Below, piece after piece: positions 41,371 through 51,791 of a stretch of DNA of 64,000 nt; the stretch's first letter is position 1, and every line of letters starts with the position of its first letter. Source of the stretch: Candidatus Freyarchaeum deiterrae (GTDB lineage Archaea; Asgardarchaeota; Jordiarchaeia; Jordiarchaeales; Jordiarchaeaceae). Made by a program: the position numbers and the translations under genes. Location: the NCBI GenBank assembly GCA_037305845.1, contig CP147778.1, positions 1,312,001 to 1,376,000 of the forward strand. The letters are read 5' to 3'. The notes below the pieces were generated by a model. That model made no database searches and was not told the DNA's origin. It was given only the letters and a program-made list of their open reading frames with translations.

Positions 41371-42636
41371 TTACTGTTTTGCTCCGCACTTAGGGCAAAT
41401 TTTCGTCCATTCTGGAAGCTCTGTTCCGCAAACGCCACAACGTTTGTAACCTTCTCTAGTTTTAGCGGAAACATCGGCCTCAGAGGTTTTGAAGAACTGG
41501 CTGGGCGGCTCAGCACAAGGAGCAGGACTGCCTCGAGTTGAGAGTTTTATTAATGGTCCACCTGGAGTCTGAATGTATTCATCTCCCTGAATATAGCCAG
41601 GGATTTTCCCCTGATTTATTAGATTCGAGATAGCATCGGTTAGCTCGTTATCCGCCTTACATACTCTCCAAGCCATATCGCTTAACTTTATTCTACTATA
41701 GAGATTCTTCCCAACAATTTGAGTCTGCTGAATTGGTTTAGCTGGTGCGCTTACTTTTGGTGTCAAAGCCGGCTCGGTGTACGTGGGTATGGGTCTAGGG
41801 GGAATTGCGGCAGCGGGTGTGGATACGCGTAGTTCTTTTTGTGGGCGTGGCGGGGGGGCTAATTGAGGTGTTTGTGGTTTTAGGGGTGGTTGAGGTGGAA
41901 TTGAGATTTTTAAGGCGGGTTGTGCGGTTTTAGGTTTGGCAACTAGTGGTTCTGGTTTTTCTTCCAATTTTGGTTTTGTTTTGGGCGGCGTTATTAGTGG
42001 TGATTCTAATGGTTGGGTAACCAGTTGCCATTCATCACTCGGTTCTTGAATTGTTGTTTCTGGCTGTGGGGTCACTTTTCTTTCTTTCAGCGGTTGAGGT
42101 TCTGATGCAGCCCAATGGGGTGAGACTGTTTCCTGAGAGTTTTCCTTGCTTGTCTGTGGTTCTGGTCCAGCTGTTTCAAGAGCTATTTTTTCAAACATAT
42201 CCATTGAGTTCTTATCCTCAGTATTCTGAGTCTCCTCCAAGAAAGTGTCTAGAGTTTCTTCTTCTGTATTTTTTTGAGGAAGTAGTTCTTTGTAAGAGCT
42301 TAGTACTTGTTCCACGAGTTGAATTTCATCTTCGGTGTACTTGTTTTTTGTACTATTCCAGTATTCAACGGCCTTGTCAAAGTTGCCGGAGGTTAGCTCT
42401 TTGAGTGATAAGGCGAAAAGATAATGGTGATCTTTTATTTTGCCTTTTTTACATGATTCTAGTGCTTTCTCAGTGAAACCTGCAACTGAAGCGGAATCTC
42501 CATTAGATATACTGTAGTAGCCTGCCAATACGAAAAAATCTGATGCAATATCATATGCTTCCTCTCCAAGGAGCAGGTTGGCTGTCTCTGAATAGTATTC
42601 AATCTTTCTTTTTACTTCGCCCTGCTTATTAGCCAA
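41371..42636 (-). CDS. Multidomain protein: helical repeat, Pro-rich linker, PCI-like winged helix, C-terminal zinc ribbon
   Basis: LYSRIKLSDMA...ELTDAISNLINQGKIPGYI (PCI-like) and CGVCG...CPKCG. Confidence 0.6.
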   Translation of the reverse strand: MANKQGEVKRKIEYYSETANLLLGEEAYDIASDFFVLAGYYSISNGDSASVAGFTEKALESCKKGKIKDHHYLFALSLKELTSGNFDKAVEYWNSTKNKYTEDEIQLVEQVLSSYKELLPQKNTEEETLDTFLEETQNTEDKNSMDMFEKIALETAGPEPQTSKENSQETVSPHWAASEPQPLKERKVTPQPETTIQEPSDEWQLVTQPLESPLITPPKTKPKLEEKPEPLVAKPKTAQPALKISIPPQPPLKPQTPQLAPPPRPQKELRVSTPAAAIPPRPIPTYTEPALTPKVSAPAKPIQQTQIVGKNLYSRIKLSDMAWRVCKADNELTDAISNLINQGKIPGYIQGDEYIQTPGGPLIKLSTRGSPAPCAEPPSQFFKTSEADVSAKTREGYKRCGVCGTELPEWTKICPKCGAKQ

Positions 42637-42712
42637 TACTAATCACCAAATTATTATTCTTAATGAATTCATACCTTGCAGTATTTATTAACCTTCGTGG
42701 ATTAAGAAATGG

Positions 42713-43471
42713 TTATTCAGCGCTTTGAAGGCATTGTTTTATAATTTTTAACTCTGATTCACTCAGGTTGTCTTTAATTTTGTTAAGGGATTGTTTAGCT
42801 GCTTTGAGGGAGCCATCACAAATGGCTTTGCTCAGAGTGGCTAGTTCACGATTTTCATCTAGAATATTATTTTTTTCGCATATTTTTAAAGCTCTATCCG
42901 AATTTTTAATGGCATCTTCTCTATTAGAAATAGCAAAGTTACACATCGATGCCCATGCCAGATTAGCTGCTACATAACCATAATCTTTTTCTTCTAGCAA
43001 CATTTCAGCGTATTCTAGATAATTTTGAGCCGCTAATGTAAAAAAATTCTTACAAGCATTCGAGTTGTGAAGAGCCTTGTTGGTTATTGCTGCTTCGCTG
43101 TAAAGGAGCGCCGCGGATGCGAGATTGCCTGCAGTAGTCATTTTTTCTCCTTGAGCGGCGTAGATTTCTGCGGCTTCTCTCATGAATTTTTTAAACGCCT
43201 CGTCATTTCCAAGATTCTTATGACATTGAGCGATGCCTTCGGAATCCATAGCTACTGAGACGGCATAGTTTAGCTTTTTATGATGTTTGCTGGCTTCCGA
43301 ATAACATGTTATGGCTGTTTTATAGTCTTTAAATTTAGAGTAGCAGTCGCCCGCTTCTTTCAATTTATCTGCAGCCTTCTCGATAAATTCTTGACCAGCA
43401 ACAGTGCCAGTGGCTTGTGATTCATAATTCCTTGCTTTGTTAAGCATCGCTTCACAATCTTTTTCGTTCAC
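42713..43471 (-). CDS. alpha-SNAP/TPR-like helical-repeat protein
   Basis: EKAADKLKEAGDCYSKFKDYKTAITCYSEAS, REAAEIYAAQG, SAALLYSEAA. Confidence 0.6.
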   Translation of the reverse strand: MNEKDCEAMLNKARNYESQATGTVAGQEFIEKAADKLKEAGDCYSKFKDYKTAITCYSEASKHHKKLNYAVSVAMDSEGIAQCHKNLGNDEAFKKFMREAAEIYAAQGEKMTTAGNLASAALLYSEAAITNKALHNSNACKNFFTLAAQNYLEYAEMLLEEKDYGYVAANLAWASMCNFAISNREDAIKNSDRALKICEKNNILDENRELATLSKAICDGSLKAAKQSLNKIKDNLSESELKIIKQCLQSAE

Positions 43472-43662
43472 AGCTTTCCCACCGAGAACGCTCTACAATC
43501 TAAATACAACTTTGCTAACTTATATGTTTTGAGGAATCAACAATTATCATCATCATCATCATCTTTAAGAAGAATGTTTTCTAATAATAATTTTCCATTT
43601 TATTTCTAAGCTTGCGGAGGCATCATAATTTAAAGTATCATCTTGGTAGCGTTATGATTATT

Positions 43663-44337
43663 TTATTTTGTGTTACTTTTCGCAATAGTGAAGCAATTTT
43701 CAACAAGTCGTGTGTATTCATAGTATTGTGTTTCTCCAAAATAATCTTTGGAGAGTTTTTCTTGAAATTTTACCCATTGAATTTTTGCTTTTTCCAATGT
43801 TCCCTGAAGAAGCGCCCCACAGGACTTTGCCAACTCCCGCCTCCATATTCTTATTCTTTTTGTTTGGGCTAAATCTACGGCTTTCATGGCGAGGTTTTCA
43901 GCAAATTTTCTGTCTCCTAGGAGGAAACTGCAAAAAGAAGCCCAGCTGTACTCAGAAATTGAGGATTCGATTAATGAAAGCCTTCGCTTTTTACCACTCT
44001 GGTTTACTGCCAGATTCTCCTCAGCCGCATTCACGTGCATCTTTACAGATTCCGAGAGATTTTCTACGAATTTTTCATTATTGCCAACTCCACGGTAGTA
44101 AGAAGCGAAGCCACTATACACCAGAGCGATATACTCCTTCTTATTCAAGTGTTCGGTTAGTACCTGAAGGGCCTTTTTATAGCAATCAAAAGAGCTCACC
44201 AAATCACTGGATTCTCTAAAAAAACATCCTGCCCGAATGTATCTCAGAAAAGCCCCACTGTAATCATTACTCTTTACATGCTCTCTGGCATCATTCATGT
44301 ATTCTAATGCGGTTTTCTCTGCGATCATTGAAAACAC
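43663..44337 (-). CDS. alpha-SNAP/TPR-like helical-repeat protein
   Basis: GAFLRYIRAGCFF...SFDCYKKA; the C-terminal module is visibly paralogous to 42713..43471. Confidence 0.55.
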   Translation of the reverse strand: MFSMIAEKTALEYMNDAREHVKSNDYSGAFLRYIRAGCFFRESSDLVSSFDCYKKALQVLTEHLNKKEYIALVYSGFASYYRGVGNNEKFVENLSESVKMHVNAAEENLAVNQSGKKRRLSLIESSISEYSWASFCSFLLGDRKFAENLAMKAVDLAQTKRIRIWRRELAKSCGALLQGTLEKAKIQWVKFQEKLSKDYFGETQYYEYTRLVENCFTIAKSNTK

Positions 44338-44624
44338 CTATTTTTAAAATATAATAATAAAACCCAAATTAAAATTTACCGCATGATATTCGGGGTAAAC
44401 ATTTAGGAGCAAAAGTAATGCTTTTTAGCTATTGCCTGTAATCAAGGACTTGTTAATTAGTTCATAGTTGAGAAAACTAAGTGTTGCTTACTTGTTTTAG
44501 GTGAACTGTAGGGATGTGACTTTTAGAACGTTTTATAGCACAATTTGTTTTGAGTATTACGTTAGATTGAAATTAAAATTCAGCTTACTTTTGCCCACTC
44601 ACTCTTTTCTTTGGAGGTTTAAGC

Positions 44625-45905
44625 TTGTTAAAAGACAGAATCGCTACCTTTTCAGCACGTCCTGATGAAGTAGATCTCTGCGTGCTACTCTACTCCGGGG
44701 GTCTAGACACTTCCTGTATGCTTAAATGGTTACAGGAAAACTATAACACCGAAGTTATCACGGTAACTCTTAATGTGGGGCAAGCAAAAGAGTTTGAAGA
44801 GATAGAGAACAAGGCCAAAAAACTCGGCGTTAAAAAGCACTACACAATCGACGCCAGGGAAGAGTTTGTACATGAATACGTATTCAAAGCCATTAAGGCA
44901 AACGCACTCTATCAGGATGCTTACCCTATAAGTTCATCACTATCAAGGCCCCTGATTGCAAAGTGGGGAGTAGAAATCGCTAAGAGAGAAGGTGCTAAAG
45001 CAATCGCACATGGTTGTACAGGTAAGGGTAATGATCAAGTGCGTTTTGCTATTACGATTAATACTCTTGCTCCAGATATGAAGATAATTGCGCCAGTGGT
45101 TGAGTGGGGTATGACCCGTGAGGATGAGATTGCTTATGCTCAAGAACATGACATTCCGATTCCGGTTACAGTAAATTCGCCCTACAGTATTGATGAGAAT
45201 TTGTGGGGTAGAAGTATTGAATGCGGAGTTTTGGAACACCCGGAAGTTGAGCCACCCCCCGATGCGTATCTTTGGACAACTCCACCCGAGAAGGCTCCCG
45301 ATGATCCAGCTTATGTTGAGATAGGTTTCGAAGAGGGTATTCCAGTTTCTGTTGACGGTGTCAGAATGAATGGCGTGGATTTAATTCTGAAGGTTCACGA
45401 GTTGGGATGTGTCCACGGGGTTGGAAGGGTAGACCACATGGAGGACCGGATTGTTGGTTTAAAATCGAGAGAGGTTTATGAGTGCCCGGCGGCGACCATA
45501 ATTCTGAAAGCACACCGGGATCTTGAAAAGTTTGTTTGTACAAGGCATGAAAACACGTTCAAGAAGCTTGTTGATGAACAATGGACGAGTTTGGTTTATA
45601 CGGGTCTCTGGGTTGAGCCACTTAGGGAAGATTTGGAAGAGTTCATTGATAGGGTAAACAAGAAAGTTACTGGTATGGTGCGTCTTAAGCTCTTCAAGGG
45701 AAACGCTGCTGTCGTGGGTCGTAGTTCCGAGTATGCTCTTTATGATGAGAATTTGGCAACCTATGATAGGAAGTCTACTTTTAACCAGTTGGCTTCATTC
45801 GGGTTTATTGAGTTATGGGGATTACAGTCTAGAATGGCTCAGGCGCTCAAACCAGAGGATAAGAATGTTCATAGTAAAAATGTAAAAGTAGTAAAGTCCA
45901 AATAA
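44625..45905 (+). CDS. argG: Argininosuccinate synthase
   Basis: YSGGLDTS, HGCTGKGNDQVRF, YSIDENLWGRSIE, GLKSREVYE. Confidence 0.97.
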   Translation: MLKDRIATFSARPDEVDLCVLLYSGGLDTSCMLKWLQENYNTEVITVTLNVGQAKEFEEIENKAKKLGVKKHYTIDAREEFVHEYVFKAIKANALYQDAYPISSSLSRPLIAKWGVEIAKREGAKAIAHGCTGKGNDQVRFAITINTLAPDMKIIAPVVEWGMTREDEIAYAQEHDIPIPVTVNSPYSIDENLWGRSIECGVLEHPEVEPPPDAYLWTTPPEKAPDDPAYVEIGFEEGIPVSVDGVRMNGVDLILKVHELGCVHGVGRVDHMEDRIVGLKSREVYECPAATIILKAHRDLEKFVCTRHENTFKKLVDEQWTSLVYTGLWVEPLREDLEEFIDRVNKKVTGMVRLKLFKGNAAVVGRSSEYALYDENLATYDRKSTFNQLASFGFIELWGLQSRMAQALKPEDKNVHSKNVKVVKSK

Positions 45906-45926
45906 ACGTTTTAAAAGAAGGAAAAC

Positions 45927-47426
45927 TTGATGAGCGATAAGCTTTGGGGGGGAGGTTTTAGTAAAAAGACCAAAGAAGAAGTGGAAAAATTCACTTCAGG
46001 TGAGGATATACAACTCGATGAAAGGCTAGCCATTTATGACGTAATCGGTACTATTGCACATGATTATATGTTGTACGAGATAGGTGCTCTTAACAAGGAA
46101 ACTCTTCAGAGAATTTTTATTTCGCTTGAGGGTATAAAAGACCGAATTGAGAAGAGGGAATATCAGCTCCGCCCTGAGTTGGAAGATGTACATATGAACA
46201 TTGAAAAAACAGTGATTGAGGAAATCGGTGAGGAACAGGGTGGGATGATGCATTTAGCGCGTTCTAGGAACGACCAAGTATTAGTGGATATGCGAATGTA
46301 CCTTAGGGACCAGATAAACGAAGTTCAGGAATTGGTTTTTAATTTAATTTCCACATTCATTGACGTGGGTGAGAAAAATTTAGAGATGCTTATAGTAGGC
46401 TATACTCATACACGCCAGGCGCAGCCAACTACAGTTGCACATTGGTGTGTAGCTTATGTTGACTCTCTTCTGCGAATTGTTGACAGGTTGGAGGAGGTCT
46501 ATGTTAGAGTTAACCAGTGTCCACTTGGTTCAGGGGCAATCAGCGGCGTTAGCTGGCCAATTGATCGAAAATTAACAGCGAGTTTGCTGGGTTTTGATGG
46601 TATTCAGGAAAACACCATAGACGCTATATCTTCAAGGGGTGAAGTTGAATCTGAGATAATATTTGTTCTTTGTCTTTTAATGGCTGTTCTTAGTAGGTTA
46701 TCCGAAGAAATAATTTGGTGGTCCACTAGCGAGTTCGGTGTAATCGAGTTGGACGAGGTTTACACAACGGGAAGTAGTTTAATGCCTCAGAAAAAGAACC
46801 CCGACGTGGCGGAACTTATTAGGGGGAAGGTTGGCAGAATTTACGGGTACCTAGTACAGGTTCTTACGATTCTTAAGGGACTTCCTTCTGGGTACAACAG
46901 AGATCAACAAGAGATCAAAGGGCCAATTTTTTACGGTTTGGATACCGTTAAATCTGTGATTCAAGTAGTGCCGGGTTTAATCAGTACAATCAAGTTCAAT
47001 CAGGAGAGAATGTTAAACCTGATGTTGGACAGTTATTCGACAGTCACGGAACTTGTGGATTTACTAATTAAGAAGGCGCAAATATCTTTTCGTTCTGCTC
47101 ACAGGATAGTAGGGATGTATGTTACACAGACGCTTAATAGTGGTACAAAGGTGGATCCAGATTTGTTGGCTGGTCTAGTGAAGGGAGAAACTGGTAAAGA
47201 AATTAGGATAGACGCGGATATGATAGAGGAGGCGATAGATCCAGCATCAACTATAGAGAGGAGGAGCCACATTGGCGGACCTGCCCCCGTTGAGGTGGGA
47301 AGAATGCTGGTAAATAGGAGAGAAATCCTGAATGTAAAAAAGGAAAATCTTGTTCAAAAAAATGAAAAAATTAAAGCCGCGTATAAAAAGCTAGATAATC
47401 TTGTTCAAAATTTCGCTGATGAGTGA
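45927..47426 (+). CDS. argH: Argininosuccinate lyase
   Basis: KLWGG, EDVHMNIE, RSRNDQ, GYTH.RQAQP, GSSLMPQKKNPD. Confidence 0.97.
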   Translation: MMSDKLWGGGFSKKTKEEVEKFTSGEDIQLDERLAIYDVIGTIAHDYMLYEIGALNKETLQRIFISLEGIKDRIEKREYQLRPELEDVHMNIEKTVIEEIGEEQGGMMHLARSRNDQVLVDMRMYLRDQINEVQELVFNLISTFIDVGEKNLEMLIVGYTHTRQAQPTTVAHWCVAYVDSLLRIVDRLEEVYVRVNQCPLGSGAISGVSWPIDRKLTASLLGFDGIQENTIDAISSRGEVESEIIFVLCLLMAVLSRLSEEIIWWSTSEFGVIELDEVYTTGSSLMPQKKNPDVAELIRGKVGRIYGYLVQVLTILKGLPSGYNRDQQEIKGPIFYGLDTVKSVIQVVPGLISTIKFNQERMLNLMLDSYSTVTELVDLLIKKAQISFRSAHRIVGMYVTQTLNSGTKVDPDLLAGLVKGETGKEIRIDADMIEEAIDPASTIERRSHIGGPAPVEVGRMLVNRREILNVKKENLVQKNEKIKAAYKKLDNLVQNFADE

Positions 47427-47555
47427 GGCGTGTTCTGTTCGGAACTAGTTATTTGGGATACAGTTGCTTTTAGCACGTTACGTTTTTATATTATTTTTCT
47501 TTTGTTTGTCTTATTCACATATAATACTTTTTTACAGATATTGGAGGTTACAATA

Positions 47556-47729
47556 GTGAAAGGCAAATGTCCAGAGTGTTACTTTGAATTCGAGGTAACA
47601 GATAATGTTATGATTGGTGAAATAATTGAGTGCCCCGATTGCGCAGTTCAATTAGAAGTGATTGAAAAGAACAATGGTGGCATTGTTTTCGAAGTCGCGC
47701 AGCTAGAGGAAGAAGATTGGGGTGAATAA
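47556..47729 (+). CDS. lysW: LysW amino-group carrier protein
   Basis: GTG start after GGAGG; CPEC...CPDC zinc finger and the C-terminal EDWGE signature. Confidence 0.95.
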   Translation: MKGKCPECYFEFEVTDNVMIGEIIECPDCAVQLEVIEKNNGGIVFEVAQLEEEDWGE

Positions 47730-47818
47730 ATAGATAATTATATTTTAATATATTTTCATATTTTATTAAATTTTCATGGAGAGTAGAGATTAGGAAGAAA
47801 ACCAAGGGGAGTACATCG

Positions 47819-48661
47819 ATGAACATTGGGCTGATTTACAACCAGATATCTTGGGAAGAAAAATCAATCACTGAAGAGGCTAAAAAACAGGGAGTGAACG
47901 TAAAACCTTTAGACATTAGAAAAATTTATCTCAAAATACAGGATGGACAAGAATTTTCAGAAGTTGATCTTTTTCTCGAAAGATCTTTGAGTTATACTAA
48001 GGGACTCTTTTCTACAATGGTTCTTGAAAATCAGGGGTTCCGAGTCATAAACTCTACAGAGTGTCAAGAAATCTGCGGAAATAAATTAAAAACATCAGTC
48101 GCGTTAAATGGATTGGGGATATTACAACCGAAAACCTACGTTGCTTTTTCATTAGAATCAGCCCTTGAAGCCCTCGAAAAGTTGGGATACCCTGCAATTG
48201 TTAAACCGTTAATTGGAAGTTGGGGAAGACTAGTAGCGATTTTAAAGGACGAACAGTCAGCAAAAGCTGTACTTGAATCACGAGAGGTTTTGGGTTCAGT
48301 CTTTCACAAAGTTTACTATTTGCAAGAATTCATAGACAGTGGAAGGGACATCAGAGTTTTTGTAATAGGCGACTCGGTTGTCGCTGCGATGTATCGCTAT
48401 TTGATTCCAGGGGATTGGAGGAGCAATGCCACTATCGGTGGCAAAGCAGAAGCTTGTGAGGTTACCCCTGAAATAGAAGATTTGGCCTTGAAAGCGGCGG
48501 GGGCGACTAAGGGCGAAATTGTAGGGGTGGACTTATTCGAAAAGGATAACCAGCTTCTCGTAAACGAAGTTAACCACGCACCCGGATTCAGACACATCGT
48601 ATCAGCTACAGGAGTTAACATTGCAGAGAAAATGATAGAGTATTTACAGACATTAGAATAA
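47819..48661 (+). CDS. lysX: LysX/ArgX ATP-grasp ligase ([LysW]-aminoadipate/glutamate ligase)
   Basis: WEEK, KP..GSWGRLV, YYLQEFI, RDIRVFVIG, WRSNA, NEVNH. Confidence 0.9.
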   Translation: MNIGLIYNQISWEEKSITEEAKKQGVNVKPLDIRKIYLKIQDGQEFSEVDLFLERSLSYTKGLFSTMVLENQGFRVINSTECQEICGNKLKTSVALNGLGILQPKTYVAFSLESALEALEKLGYPAIVKPLIGSWGRLVAILKDEQSAKAVLESREVLGSVFHKVYYLQEFIDSGRDIRVFVIGDSVVAAMYRYLIPGDWRSNATIGGKAEACEVTPEIEDLALKAAGATKGEIVGVDLFEKDNQLLVNEVNHAPGFRHIVSATGVNIAEKMIEYLQTLE

Positions 48662-48763
48662 AAATAACTCTATTCAAAACTTGAGAAAATTTCTTAAACC
48701 TTTAAAAACGAATTTTTAATAAATTATAAAAAAAGTTAAGAGACATTCAGGTGGGAAATCGAG

Positions 48764-49561
48764 TTGATTATCACGATTAAAATTGGCGGAGCTATGGTGG
48801 ATAAGGAAACAGGAAATCTAATTGCAGACATAGGCAAAGTAAGCAAAGAACACAAGATAGTTATTGTTCATGGAGGGGGCCCTCAGATAAGTGAGATTTC
48901 GAAGAAACTGGGCAAAGAGCCGGTGTTTGTGATGTCACCTAGCGGCTTTAGAAGCAGATTTACCGATAGGGAAACCTTGGATATATCCATCATGGCTATG
49001 GCAGGAAAAGTGAACAAAAGTATAGTTGCCTTGCTTAGGAAAAACCAGATTCCAGCTATCGGATTAACTGGATTAGATGGAAGGACGTTAATCGCGGAGA
49101 GAAAGGATAAAATAATTGCTGTTGAGAATGGAAAAAAGAGGGTAATAAGAGGGGATTACAGCGGAAAAGTTACGGAAGTAAATGGTAATCTTCTTAAATT
49201 AGTCATTGATAACGGATATGTTCCAGTTGTAGCGCCCATCGGAATCAGTCACGAGAGCGAACCAGTAAACCTCGATGGTGATAGGGCGGCCGCGCATATT
49301 GCTAAGGCGATAAATGCGGACATTTTTATCTCGCTTACTGATGTTCCGGGAGTGATAATCGACGGAAAATTGGTTAATGGTCTTTATAAGTATGAAGCTG
49401 AAGAAATTCTAAAAAAAGTTAATGGAGGAATGCGTAAGAAGATATTCGCCGCTCTGGAAGCATTAGATCTCGGCATAAAACCCATAGTTATTTGCTCTGG
49501 GCTTGAAAAAAATCCTATATCTTCGGCGCTCACACTTAAAACAGGGACTGTGATAAAATGA
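48764..49561 (+). CDS. lysZ: [LysW]-aminoadipate/glutamate kinase
   Basis: IKIGG, VHGGG, SPSG..SR.TD, RGDYSGK, NLDGDRAA, GGMRKK. Confidence 0.92.
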   Translation: MIITIKIGGAMVDKETGNLIADIGKVSKEHKIVIVHGGGPQISEISKKLGKEPVFVMSPSGFRSRFTDRETLDISIMAMAGKVNKSIVALLRKNQIPAIGLTGLDGRTLIAERKDKIIAVENGKKRVIRGDYSGKVTEVNGNLLKLVIDNGYVPVVAPIGISHESEPVNLDGDRAAAHIAKAINADIFISLTDVPGVIIDGKLVNGLYKYEAEEILKKVNGGMRKKIFAALEALDLGIKPIVICSGLEKNPISSALTLKTGTVIK

Positions 49562-50670
49562 TGAACCCCATAGAATACTTTTTAGAGATGCTTGAAATTC
49601 CCAGTGCCTCAGGGAAGGAACACCGGTTCTCGATTTTCTTAATGGAGAGTATGAAAAATCTGGGTTACGAGGTTAAACAAGACGAGGCGGGAAACGTAAT
49701 AGGTAAAATAGGTAAGGGAGAACCCATGCTTCTTTTTTCATCTCACATTGACACCGTGCCCGGAGAGATTCCAATAAGAGAAGAGAACGGAAGAATTTAT
49801 GGTCGTGGGGCTGTGGATGCGAAGGCCTCCATTGCGTCCATGATACTGGCAGGCTCTTTTCTTCCAGAGATGAATGTTAATGGCACAGTAATATTTGCTG
49901 GCCTCGTGGAGGAGGAATCCAGCCTAAGAGGAATTCAAACTTTGCTAGAGGGAGATCTCGGAGCGGACTGGGCGATATTTGGAGAACCAACCAAATGTGA
50001 TAGAATATGCTTGGCATCCAAAGGTAGACTGCTGTTTAAAATAAATTTAAAAACTGAAGGTGGACATGTCGCCTGCTCTTGGGCTTATAAAAATTCAATA
50101 GAACTCGCATACAAGCTTTGGAAAAAATTCAAGGAAAACGTCGAGGCTCATGAAAAGACACCTTTCTTTTCCACAGTCACTAATCTCACCCAGATATCGG
50201 GGGGATCTGCTCCCAATGTTGTTCCCGGTGATTGCCAATTATTTATAGATGTCCGCTTTCCACACTTGGTTAAATCCACAAAGCTACTGGGAATAATCGA
50301 GAAAACCTTCAACGAATTTAAAGAAATGAATGAAGTTCAAATAAGTTACGAGGTACTGAGCCAGATAGAAGGATTTAGAGCTCCAAAAGATTCCATATTA
50401 GTAAAAGAATTAGCTAAAGCGATCAGGGAAGTTAGAAACATAGACCCACGTTACATCAGAAAAACTGGAACCTGCTTCATGAATCTAATTGGTCCATGGC
50501 GTAACATTCCTACAATTAGTTATGGGCCAGGAGACCCCGCGCTAGAACACACTAACGATGAACATATTGAGAAACAAGAATATTTAGATTCGCTAGAGAT
50601 TCTTAAAAAAACAATAAAAAACATTCTTAGCAAAAAAAATACTGAACATGAAGTACCAAATACTCTTTGA
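49558..50670 (+). CDS. lysK: [LysW]-lysine/ornithine hydrolase (M20 peptidase)
   Basis: HIDTVPG, GRGAVDAK, VEEE, GEP, RKTGT..MN, YGPGD..LEHT. Confidence 0.88.
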   Translation: MMNPIEYFLEMLEIPSASGKEHRFSIFLMESMKNLGYEVKQDEAGNVIGKIGKGEPMLLFSSHIDTVPGEIPIREENGRIYGRGAVDAKASIASMILAGSFLPEMNVNGTVIFAGLVEEESSLRGIQTLLEGDLGADWAIFGEPTKCDRICLASKGRLLFKINLKTEGGHVACSWAYKNSIELAYKLWKKFKENVEAHEKTPFFSTVTNLTQISGGSAPNVVPGDCQLFIDVRFPHLVKSTKLLGIIEKTFNEFKEMNEVQISYEVLSQIEGFRAPKDSILVKELAKAIREVRNIDPRYIRKTGTCFMNLIGPWRNIPTISYGPGDPALEHTNDEHIEKQEYLDSLEILKKTIKNILSKKNTEHEVPNTL

Positions 50671-50795
50671 AATTTGGTATGCCTTAATTTGTCTGCTGGC
50701 TGTTTAGAAATAGAGTTGTTTAAACCACACTATTATTTCAGCACTATACTATGTTTCCATTTTTCGGGTTTTACTCTTTCAACACCTGACTTGAA

Positions 50796-51791
50796 TTAGT
50801 CTCGCATTATTAGTGAGAGGATAGCTTTCTGTACGTGTAACCTGTTTTCCGCTTCATCATAAACTACTGAGTGTTGGCCGTCTATTACTCCATCGGTGGC
50901 TTCGATGTTTCTTCTTATTGGTAGGCAGTGCATAAAAATCGAATCTTTGTTTGTAAGTTCCATTAACTCCTCGTTGCAAATCCAATCCCGATAGTTCACT
51001 CTCAGCTTCTTTTCTTCTTCAAATTTTCCGTAAGATTTGAGGGAGCCCCAAGCCTTTACATATATTATGTCAGCATCCCTATACGCCTCTTCCCTACTGT
51101 GTGAGACATCTAAAGTGCAACCGTTAGTCTCACAGTTGCTTCTCGCCCACTCCATTATCTTTTCATCTAACTCAAAGCCCTCAGGATGAAGTAGAGTTAC
51201 ATCCAACCCGAACCGTGTAGCTATAAGAAGTGCAGAGTTGGGAACGCTGACCGGCAGCGGCCGCGGGTGGTAAACCCAGCTCAGAACAAACTTTTTACCC
51301 CTCAGATTTCCTTTTTTCTCCTTAATAGTCAGTATATCTGCAAGCTCCTGACACGGGTGGAAGAGATCGCACTCCATGTTTATTACTGGTTTATCAGACC
51401 ACTTCGCGAATTCACGCACCACTTCATTACTCTTACCGTACTGCCAGTCTGTGATGTTCGGGAAAATGCGAATGGATATCCCATCCCCATACCTTGCCAT
51501 TACCGACGCGGTGTCCTTTATGGATTCGGAGCTCTTACCTATCCACGACTTCTCCGAATCCATGTAAACGGAATGCCCACCAAGCTGAGTCATACCGATT
51601 TCAAATGATAGGCGAGTACGCGTACTAGGATTAAAGAAGAGCGTGATAAGCGACTTCCCCTGCAGTTCGGAAGAGAATTTCTTAGGGTTTTTCTTCATTT
51701 CTTTAGCGAGTTCTAACACGGATTCCAGTTCATCGAAGCTCAATTCTTGAGTGGTTATTAGATCCTTACCTCTTAAATCGTCCTGAGACAT
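50796..51791 (-). CDS. N-acyl-ornithine carbamoyltransferase-like (ArgF'/AOTCase-SOTCase type)
   Basis: FNPSTRTR, NME...HPCQELA, W.YHPRPLP proline-rich loop, YVKAWGS, HCLPIRRN. It lacks the DxxxSMG motif of canonical OTCase. Confidence 0.85.
   Translation of the reverse strand: MSQDDLRGKDLITTQELSFDELESVLELAKEMKKNPKKFSSELQGKSLITLFFNPSTRTRLSFEIGMTQLGGHSVYMDSEKSWIGKSSESIKDTASVMARYGDGISIRIFPNITDWQYGKSNEVVREFAKWSDKPVINMECDLFHPCQELADILTIKEKKGNLRGKKFVLSWVYHPRPLPVSVPNSALLIATRFGLDVTLLHPEGFELDEKIMEWARSNCETNGCTLDVSHSREEAYRDADIIYVKAWGSLKSYGKFEEEKKLRVNYRDWICNEELMELTNKDSIFMHCLPIRRNIEATDGVIDGQHSVVYDEAENRLHVQKAILSLIMRD

Noticed and set aside
43548-43562. (CAT)5 microsatellite
   Set aside because: Short and intergenic, with no evidence of function.
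47430-47555. Hydrophobic N-terminal extension of LysW in the ORF track
   Set aside because: GGAGG precedes GTG 47556, which gives a normal-sized LysW. The extension is T-rich intergenic sequence.
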